Source of the DNA: Lytechinus pictus | Taxonomy: Eukaryota | Direction: 5' to 3' | Assembly: GCF_037042905.1 (NCBI RefSeq) | Contig: NC_087245.1 | Span: 28,398,001 to 28,462,000 of the forward strand | DNA: 64,000 nucleotides | Shown here: positions 53,761 to 64,000 of the stretch, one piece after another | Layout: every line of letters starts with the position of its first letter | How positions within the stretch are numbered: position 1 is the first letter of the stretch | The notes under the pieces: generated by a model | The model's input: only the letters and a program-made list of their open reading frames with translations | Told to the model about the DNA's origin: nothing | Database searches by the model: none | Translations under genes and position numbers: made by a program

Positions 53761-54250
53761 CACGGTGACACAACTTGGGGGTTGTTAATTTACAATTGGG
53801 AAAGGTTCTATTACATCATCCACTTTAAACTAATTTGATATCATTTGACCCTTTGCGTAGTACCAATCAAGACGTAACACTTTGTTATTCTTAAAATGGA
53901 AGAAGCATATTTTGAAATAACAAACATGTATGAATAATCATAATCATTATCAACATACCTCCTCCGTTAAGATATACACTAACAAGATTTCAACACTAAA
54001 ATTTCCTAAATAACTACGCATTCTCTGGGCCTTTAACGTTCCTATTGGTCATCAACATCAATATATATCCATTTGACATCATAACCAGGAACAGAAGAGT
54101 TTAGAATTCAGAAGTTGGGATAGATCTAAGCTTACTGTCGCAACTAAATTACGGGTTAATTTTCATGATTAGGATTCTCTTCAATCCATGGATAAAAACG
54201 TAGTAAAAATAGACCAAAGGATACAAGTAGTTCCGCCTATTAAACAAAGA

Positions 54251-57200
54251 TCAGTTTGCCACAAAGTTTGCCCTCCAGAGGGCGACTTTTCCATCCTTGC
54301 TCCCCGATCCGGTGATGACATAGCGCATTTCCGCCTGGCACATGGACCTAATGGCGTCTTCGTGGGCCTCCAGCTCCTTCTCGTACTCACAGGTGTTGGC
54401 ATCAAAAAGGTGGATCTTGCCTTGTTTGCTACCAGCCCATATCTAAGCCAATACAAGAAATTTAAAAATAAAGGATGATGAATGACCAAGAGACCATTTC
54501 ACAAAGAGTTGAGTCATTTAATTTTACTGACTGACATGCACTTCACCAATCAAACATGGGTAATTGCAATGGCTTGTAGCAGTTGTTTATGAAAATCACT
54601 TCAATCTCTTCAAGAAATGCTGTCCATGTGGACTGACCAAAAAGAAAAAGGGAGAATTCCTGTATTCAATTAATGGCTAGTATTCAAAACTTCATAATTT
54701 AATGGACATAGAAAAAAAAAGAGTTCTCCTATCAAAGAAACTATAAAATTGACTATACAATATGAATGTATAGTCAATTTAGTTTCATTTTTCATTTTTA
54801 AGAATGAAGTCCATGAAACATTGCAAGTAAATCAAGAAAGAAATTAGGATTTTTTGTGTATGCCCAATGAGGATTTCAGTCGGCTTTTCATGCATTTTGG
54901 GCATTTTGGGGTGGGTTTCCAGGATTTAAATTACACTCGGATGAGCTCCATGTCATTTTGGTCAAGAGATGGACTTGGTATGTTCTCATATTCAGATACT
55001 CAATTTCCTTTATAATGAAAATTTGGGTTTGTCACATAGATCTTTGCCAGATACTCATTTTCGTTTTGGAGCTGTGTGGTCATAAATGGTATGTGATTGT
55101 GCACATTGATGTAGTTTAGAAAATATGTCATTGGAGTGACATCATCATTATTTTTTTTAGGTGTCACCTGTGCCTGGGAGGCAAAGAGCAAACTGAATCA
55201 CTGTGATTAGGGGGTCTCTCTTATTGTTAAAACTGTTTTGGGTCTGCAGGTGGACCATGTACACCCTAATTTCCCCCCTGGACTCTCCTCTTCATTAACA
55301 TCCTATCCGAGGGATGAAGTATTTACTAAGGTAACAAATCCTTCATCTATGAAACAGAAGGTGCACATTAACACAATGCGCAAGCTTCAATTATCCACCC
55401 AGGGTAGACTCACACTCTCGATCTTTAAAATTGACAGGCTGCCGCTTTACTGACTAAGCCCACTTGCCAGACCATTGCTCTGCCATCTCTAATAATGGAT
55501 CGATACTTGTCTGGTCTGTTTTTAAATTTCCGAACAAGTTACAAGATTATTTGTGTCCTAATAGGCACATGAGGAAAGGAAAAATAATAACAGGAAGGCA
55601 TACTGACCCTGGTTCCCACGGCAACAAGCTTGCTGATACCCCTACAGGAGACAGTGAGAAGCTTCTCCTGTTTGAAAGAATCCACATTCCAGCATGCCAC
55701 CTCTCCTCTCCTACCACAACCAGTCCAGATCTGCAACGGGAAGATAAAAAGGTAATCATAATTCATTTCAGTCAGCATTTCCCCATTATGAAGGGTAACT
55801 GACTCCTGCACCATAAGGACACTCCCTCCTTCCACTTCTTTCAGTCTCAAGCATCCTATTCAATCAGCCCAACCTTACTGCTTTCCTTCTTCACCATATC
55901 GTTCCATGTAATCTTTGGTCTTCCCTTTCCTCTTCTGCCATCAACTTTCAGGCCCCATGCTCTTATCACAGGTTCATCATCTTCCCTCTTCAACACACGG
56001 CCCATCCATCTTAAACCACTTCTCTTTTAATGCTTCCACAACAGTTTCTTTCAAGCCCAACCTTTCATGAGCTCACAAATGTTCATTGTAACACCATACA
56101 TCAAAGTAATTTACTGAATTGAATTTTATTTGTTCTACTTTTACAACAAATAACAAATATGTATACCAAAAAAAATTCATAAACACAGTGTTTCAAGATG
56201 AAATGAAGTATTTCATGATTACAGTACAGAATAAATAGCAGACAAAGATCATGCACATTTTCATCATCCATCGGCACAGTGGTCCTCATTATAATTATAG
56301 CACCATCACCATCAGATTTTTTTTTTAATTGTTTTCCTTCTCATAAAGAGTTTTGATTCTGACTTTTACAAATTAACCTGCCATATCAGATTTTCTTTAA
56401 AAAAAAAATATATATATTAACCTGCCATATCAGATTTTATTCAGCAAGGACGTATAAATTACTCCAAATTCAAAATGATACCTTATAATTATGGTACACA
56501 GTATCAGAAAGTTACATTTATTCATGAAGGTATTATCCCCTACTCATCATAAATATCACATGTTTAGAATTGCTACAACATGATCATATAATAATCCTCA
56601 ATATCATCCAGAACATCAGTAATACCCTACTTTCCTAAAACTTCTTGTTATTATCCACTTTTATCAAATTCTTTCTCCTCCTCTCATCATCACCACCACC
56701 ATCATCAGCAACATTATCATCATAATCATAACCGTTGTTGTCGTCGTCATCATCATCATCAATCAGAAGCCCTCTTGCAATCTCTTTCCTTCCTATCAAT
56801 TTGTCCATCATCCTCTCCTCAACTCTCGGTTTTCTCTCATCTACATTAACCTACCCTATTTCCAAGGAGAAGGAATGATTCAATCAGGGAAGGCACCCCA
56901 TCTTTGTCAAGGTGTTGAAGGCTGTTTAGCTCACTACCATCAAGGCCCAGAACTCTGATATCAGTTTTTGTACCTGCAGAAGATGATAATATACAAATAT
57001 CATCATCAAACTTGAGCATTACTAAAATTTCATGGACAAGGTACCTTTGGAACAGTTCTAACATGACTGATGGGGTGTTGCAAGAAACTTGCGATCAATT
57101 GCAAGTCTATTTTTGGTCCCTAAATCAATCATATGTCTTGCGGTTAATTGCAAATTAGTGATTGATTGCTAATCTTCTCCTTGAAACAAGAAGTTTAATC

Positions 57201-60200
57201 TGATTTGCTATGACTAACTTTGATCTATCAGTTGTAAAATTGCAACCGAATATTTGCAATTGATCGCAAATATTTTCTTGCAACACCCCCTTAAGGCATA
57301 CATGAAGCCATGTAGTCTGCAGGCACAGACCCTTGATTTTCGCAATTCTTGTAGTGCATAATGCAGAGTCTGAAGTAGTGAGACTAGATTCATTATGTAC
57401 TGTGGACGGCTCTACAGATACATGTAGATAGTTTGGAGTATAGTCTGGATATGGTTTTGGTTATAGTATCAAACTTGAGTCTGTGATTGCAGACCAACAG
57501 CCATGGGCTTTAAGAATGTTGCAAAGGTAAAAAAAGTCTTTGTATTCATGCTAATGCCTCAGCAAAATGATGTGTATTATATGTTTTACATGACAGTGAT
57601 GTGGATCCTTGTTATTTGATAGACAATCCTCATCTCAAGATCATGTCAGGTCAATAGAACTAGCCATTAGTACCAGTCATTAGCAAAATGACTGGTCACA
57701 CGGTAGATTTCAGCCAATCATCTGATTAGAATCCATATCACCATTTCATTATACATCATGTAATGTTCAAGATTGAGCAAGGTATTGTGTTTATGGAGAG
57801 AACGATATCCAATGGCATAATTCAATAATGGTTAAGACCATGTTAAGAGTGGTTATTGAATTTTGATTCCTTTATCCTTACATAACCTTTTACTCCAGAG
57901 TGAGAGCTATTAATTGAAAATCACCGAGACCAATATCAATGACCAAAATTAACTTTCTCGGTACATGCAAGCTGTTATGAAAAATTGAAACCCCCCCCCA
58001 AAAAAAAAATCTATTATTAATCACAAAAAAAAATGGGTATAATTTCTGAAAAAAAAACTATCACAAACTAGGATGCAGTCTATGATTTCTTTAACCATGG
58101 TATTAACAATGCAATAGTACTCACAGCACCATAGCTTGTCATTGTAGAATTTCATAGAAACCAAGGTCTTGGTATTCTTCAGCTGTATCTGATGTTTCTG
58201 TGACAAGCTCTGCGTATCCCAACCAAAGATTTGCCCATTCAAGCTACAGGTGAAAGCAGTCCTAAAAACAGAAAATGCAAAACATGTATCAATAAATGTT
58301 TATTCATTATAATATAAGCAGAATGGAAATTAGGAGTATTACAGTAATTGGCAAATGGTCAACAGTTCACTTGTATAAGCATGTTCACGGTTGTAAACTG
58401 CGCACGAGCAGAAAAAGGTCATTTGAGATAAACCATGAAGGTGGCTTTCAAATACACTGACATAGGCATTTGTGATTTGATGATTATTCATGTATTCCTT
58501 TCAAAATATTCATTTTATCACATCCAAGCTGAAGAGTAATAGAGCCTTCATAATCACTGGTATTTGACAGTAGCCTAAACAATAGTCAAATGTGCCAAAG
58601 GCAGACAATAAAACAGATTTCCAAACTTTATCCCTGATGTACTATTCTAGTCACCTGGTCTATACAATGCCTTTTGTTCTTAGAATTTGAATACACTACC
58701 GGTAAAGCTTACGCAACATCTGCATTTGAAAATGATAGTGCTTATCCTAATGAAAAATCACAAAGGTCATTTGAGAAAAGTTGATCATGAGCTAACCGTG
58801 AACTGGCTTATTGTAGCATTCTTTATATGAATCGACCTATGTCAACATGGATAAAACCTGAATATGCCCTGTAATCCTCAGGTTGGTAAGTATCTTTAGG
58901 ATATAGAAAACACATACAGTGAAGTGGAAGTATAATGCCTTATGAGTACAAGGTTCTGCTGTCAATTACTCACAGTCAAGTGGTAAATAGAGTTGGTAAT
59001 CAAAGTTTAATCCTAATCCACATTTCACTGATGTAATGACACAAGGTCTAATCCTGCTCTTCCCAGTTAATTATTTTTTCAGTTATATAAAAGTGGCATC
59101 ATTCCATTGAAATGTGGGCTGAATAATACAGAACTTTGACCCCCCCCAAAAAAAAGAGAGAAAAAGAATGGACTAAATATGCACTTGGTGCGGCAGATTT
59201 AATAGCTGCTGGACATGACCCCTTTGGCATGGGGCAAGAGTACCTCAGTCCCTTAATAATTAAAACTAATTGAACATGGAATGTTTCCTCATTTCAGCTG
59301 GATCCTAACTTTCTATCAAGAAAATTGTTAAAATACAAACAAATCATGTTCATTACCTTAACCTGCATTTGAAAGTACATTTTTTGTATCTCGCATTTTT
59401 GAAAATGAATGTTTGAAAGACATTACTTACTTGCCATCTTCTGAGACCGTCATGTCCGAGACGATGTCGTTGTGTTCTACAAGCTGTTTGTTTGATAGGC
59501 AGGTAGGTATGTCAATGATGTAGATGGTCGTGTCAAAAGAACCTGCCCAAACTTGCTCTCCTCTCACGCATAAAAGGCAGCACTGCAACAAATTGAAAGA
59601 TTAAGATATTTAATATTTATTACGAATCATGATTCGTTGGCGATGATCAATAATACAATAACAAACTTTGATTAAAAATAATAATATATAGCATATATGA
59701 GGCACCGATTATCTTGTTGACTATTCAGTGGCACACTTAATATTACCCTAGCTCTGGCTCCAGCTGCTTCAAGGCACTTGGAACATTCAAGGAATTATTC
59801 CTGCTGGGTACCCATTCACCCCAACTGGGTTGAGTGCAGCACAATGTGGATCAATTTCTTGCTGAAGGAAATTACACCATAGCTGGGATTTAAACCCATG
59901 ACCCTCTATTTCAAAAGCAAGAATAAGAACCATCTGACCACAATGTTCCACATGTAATGTTTCCATGGTGGAAAATGAATCAATGTAGCGGATTCATGGT
60001 GGGCTGCATCATGATTCCTTCTTAGGGGTATGCTTGGTTCGGACTCAGCAAGTATGTTCTTGCCATCTTCAGGAGAATGCTATATTACTATTTTTCCCCC
60101 GATACACACAATGTGATAAAATGTTTTCTGTAATTGCTCCCATCCTCTGAAACAAACTCCCAATCCAAATTAAAAATGCTTTCTCTGTTGAAAAATTTCA

Positions 60201-63200
60201 ATTGTTAGTTAAACCCGGGGGGGGGGGGGGGGGGGGGGGGGTACTCGACCAAAAAAGTAGTACATGTAGGTATGTGCCGCTGGCGAGACAAAAAACGGGG
60301 GCCTTGGAGCGGGCTTATTGTAAAAAGGAGGGTCCTCGGAACGGGCTTCGGAACTACAAATGTTTGTGAAAACGGGGGTCCTTGGAACGGGTCGCCTGCA
60401 TGTGAGTGCGAATGCATCCCTATGGAACGTGCAGAGGCGATGGTCGGACAGCGCTCTGCGGCCGCTTTTCACCAAGATTGCGGCTCATTGTAGCAGATCA
60501 ATGCGACCGGAACGGCGTAACGGAAAATATGCGAAGCTTTGGAGCGGATTTCTTTCTTCTTTTTTCTCGATAAGAAGAAAATGCTATGCTTTGGAGCGGC
60601 TTTCTTTGTTCTTTTTCTCAATAAGACAAAAATGCTATGCCTTGGAACGGAGATTTGAGTGTAAAAATGGGGGTCCCCTCCGCGGCACATACCCACTATG
60701 CATTATATACTGAGTGCCCCCCCGGGTAGTTAAATCATTACTTGCCTCTTTTTATCATCAACATGGTTTTTGTTGCTGTTAATAGATTCATTGTTAATGA
60801 ACCCACCCGCTATTTTAAAACATCCGGAAAAAGCGTCCTACAACTGTTATTATTTTTCACAATTTATAAAATGATGATAATACTATAATCAAAATTATGT
60901 ACATTCAGCACATGAATTTTTGTTGTTGAAAGGCTCCCCCCCCCCCTCAATAAAAAAAAAATCCTTATTTACCACTCTATCCTTTGCATCAGCGAACTCC
61001 GCCTCCAGCACAAAGTTACTCCCGTCAAAGACCTTGACCTTACCTGACCCCATAGCGCACCAGAGCTTGGGCGTGGCCTCCTCCAGCTCACTCATACTAC
61101 GGTCTGAAAATACAGAGGCTGAACCATATTCACAGGTGTAGTGACGATTAAATTCTGATATGTGTATTGTTAGTGGGGGCAGCGTGCACATGGGAAAAAT
61201 CACCATCACATGCTGGGTCCCTCAATGTTAGTAATTGAATAGTGTATTTTAACTTCAACTCTTTAATAGAAGACTGGGGAAGGGGCTTCAACAGTTTTCC
61301 TGACAAATCTGTAATATGAAAGACTTTTTTCTTTCAAGTCTCATCCAAATTTCATCAAAATTTTGAGCCTAAATTTGCGACCCCCAGTAATGCAATTCCC
61401 AAATTAAGCATGACAGGCCTAAATTTGCTTAAAAATGTGATTTCATGTACAAAACTTCCAAATTGTGTTTTTAGCCAAAATTCTTAAGTGTATGATTATT
61501 TTCAATTTCACTGATTAAACTCAAATAATGTCATCTTGTTTATGACCAGAATAGCGTTGCTGACAATTTTCCTCCAAAAGAAAAACAAAGTTCAAAACGA
61601 AGGGAATACATAAAAATACATTAACAATGAAAATTTTGTTAAAGTACAAAACAAAACAATCTTTTGAACATTTTTTTTCAGATCCGGTACTTTATTTTTA
61701 TATTGATAGAGATATATATAAAGATATTATCAAAAAGTCATGCAGACTTAAGGATCATTGGACTTACTGCCCGGTGTATATATCATAGCCTCTACTGTAG
61801 TCCTTTGTGCTTCGTTACTTGATGGGTTGAACTTATGAACCAACGCTGAGCTAGTCTCTGGTGGTACACGACCCATTCCTTCGTCTTTTAGCCGTGAGAA
61901 GTGGCATAAATGCTGAAATAAGAGAAAACAGAGAAATTTAGTAATTGAATACTGCAAATTTTGCTTCCACAGAAAAACTGTAGGGTGAAATTTTCAGATA
62001 GGTTTCATTTTTGCTAATTTTTTGTGCCCATCATGGACTTATACAATACATAATATGGTAGATCAAAGTCTGGGTGATAACCTGAATATAGATTTAAGAT
62101 TGCATGGACAGGTAAACCTTTAATAGCAAAACTTTATCACACTGATATCCTCAAAGTTAATAAGCAGACAGAGCAAACAGTGCATCTTCATTAATTGATA
62201 TTCCTGTGTATAAAAAAATTAAATCCTTAGTTTTGTTTGATACTAACCCAAACAGCGCTATCAAGGTGCTTCGCATGTGTTGCGTCCTCATTCTCAGCAC
62301 TGCGTATAACGGAGTCTATCAACTTGACGTTCCTTGCCGCTTGTTGGACCACCTGAGGGTCTTTCTGTGCATCGGATATGACACGTCCAGCCCACAGCTC
62401 GGTGATGAGTGTGAACCAGCTATTGCGCTCTGCCTTCAAATTGGCAACATACGGATTTGTATTGGGCTCTGTAGAGAGATGAAGATGATGATAATAATGA
62501 TAAATAGGTTCATTTCAATTATATTCAATACATATAGGTGCTAAAGCATTCAAGGTATAAATCGTACCAGGTACCCATTCTCCACACCTGGGCCGAATGC
62601 TGATAGTGTGGATAAATTTGAAGTTTTGTATAAAAGATTTGTTTACAAAAACTTGTCAAATCAATCATTCATACATTGTACACATTTTAATGGGAAATAT
62701 AACATGAGAAAATAGTCCGGTGCAAATAAATGGCTCTAGTAAATTTATTTACTTGCCGACCCAAATTCGCAGAGGTGGTATTTCATTCCTCTTCTGAAAC
62801 ATTAGGTTATGCGGATTTCATGTATTAATGTATTAATAATGCTTGATTTAGCATTTATATTTATGGAGAGTTCAATAATACGATGCATGCCTTTGTCACA
62901 GGGCACTAAATCTACGCTCATTACGAACGTTTACATCACTGTTGAGCCTAGCACTAATAACGACTTACATAAATAGCAGACACATTATTCAATCATTAGT
63001 CAAAAGTTCTAAATTTGGTTTTGTCCCTGTCGAAAAAGGGGGTGGCCGGATTCACGTCACATTCACAGCAATAGGCCTTACCCCCCTCCCTCTACTTTGC
63101 CTGATTCAGGGCATCCTACATCCTCAACCCAACCCTCCTACTCTCCTCCTCCACTCGCTTCTTCCAAAGGCAGATATTATTTTGATGCAATCATAGATAC

Positions 63201-63335
63201 TCACTAGTGCTGTATATTCGTAGGGCTTGGCAGCTGAGCAGAATGTTGAAGTATTCAAACTTCTCTAGCTTCTCGATATCTCTCGTTCTCACAATCTCTC
63301 GGTAGATGTTGCTCCCTTCACCCATGTAGAAGAGC
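54251..63335 (-). CDS. DENND3: DENN domain-containing protein 3 ortholog, 3' part (C-terminal WD40-like region); the gene continues beyond the window
   Basis: Nine GT-AG exons with consistent phase: 63335-63205, 62468-62248, 61912-61768, 61103-60973, 59582-59431, 58261-58125, 56973-56855, 55730-55608, 54442-54251 (TGA). Translation includes KLWCAMGSGKVKVFD, QVWAGSFDTTIYIID...NKQLVEH and EKELEAHEDAIRSMCQAEMRYVITGSGSKDGKVALW, matching the DENND3 C-terminus. Confidence 0.9.
55770..56095 (-). mobile_element. RTE-clade LINE 3' fragment in a DENND3 intron
   Basis: Minus-strand translation LRWMGRVLKREDDEPVIRAWGLKVDGRRGKGRPKITWNDMV matches the RTE ORF C-terminal LRW.GHV...G.R.RGRP..W pattern. Confidence 0.75.
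57071..57290. mobile_element. Palindromic MITE
   Basis: GGGGTGTTGCAAGAAA...TTGCGATCAATTGCAA / TTGCAATTGATCGCAA...TTTCTTGCAACACCCC. Confidence 0.75.
60214..60726. mobile_element. MITE with 8-bp TSD (hAT-like) in a DENND3 intron
   Basis: Termini CCCGGG(G)nTACTC / GAGTGCCCCCCCGGG; TSD TAGTTAAA at 60206-60213 and 60727-60734. Confidence 0.85.
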
Positions 63336-64000
63336 CTAGAGAGTAAAAGAAGATTGAAAAAAAGAAATCTGTAGAAATAAATCCTGTCAGTAAATGTTAA
63401 AGCCCCAATTAAAATTTGGTAAATGGTCAATAATTATATACTATTAACTGGCTTTGAGGGAGACAACATATATATTTCCCGAAGTAGTCTCATATTGCCC
63501 GAGTCGTGATGAGGGTAATATGAGCCTACTGAGATCTCCCAAAATTAAAGCCAGTCAATACTATTATTATTACCTATAGGCCTGCAGCTGTGTAATTCAA
63601 GCTTTTATTTGTAGCAATTTGTGTCTGTGTAACTGCCTGTTGGTACTTCTAAATTCAGGATATTCGTGAACTTGAAGTAATCCTGGCTAAGTAATTGTGA
63701 CATAAAGTGTAAACAGCGCAGCCGCGCATCAAGCATGGTGTCAGATACACTTCATGCATACAAAAGTCTTGCGCTTGGGTTTGATGAAATGGGAATACGG
63801 ATATTATAAACCGACAATTTACTACATAGGCACAATAAAAAAATGATGTATGAATATTATGGTCCCTAGTCATTCAGCTAAACCCCTGGCTGGACCATTG
63901 TGTTGAGTTAATCAGTCAGACAGACAAAATTCGTGTTTATATCTTGTCTCCAAACTGCCTCATTCTGGTAAAAGTGTGAATAATACCGAGTACTACCTGT

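Noticed and set aside
54181..54489. 102-aa minus-strand and 96-aa plus-strand ORFs
   Set aside because: Wrong frames overlapping the DENND3 terminal exon (54442-54251).

Overview
AT-rich, repeat-dense eukaryotic DNA from a sea urchin. The Transformer gene indicates a euechinoid; genus Lytechinus is only my guess. Three host genes can be supported. (1) A two-exon Transformer (Trf, Sp185/333-family) innate-immune gene at 1937-3728 (+); as assembled, exon 2 is frameshifted, most simply by an extra GA in a (GA)5 run. (2) A single-coding-exon RITA1 ortholog at 36214-36843 (+). (3) The last nine coding exons of a DENND3 ortholog at 63335-54251 (-). The Trf gene sits in a 5136-bp tandem duplication unit, and its flanks recur without the gene at about 6160-6951 and 38600-48400. 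The rest is nested transposons: a decayed Tc1 (DD34E), a 17.7-kb CCC...GGG element with 2-bp TSD (CMC/EnSpm-like) carrying a decayed spliced gene, a 6.9-kb hAT-like element with two further nesting levels and a ~1-kb pyrimidine island, Helentron-like, Harbinger-like and TTAA-targeting elements, SINEs and an RTE LINE fragment. All calls are by eye; no database searches were run.
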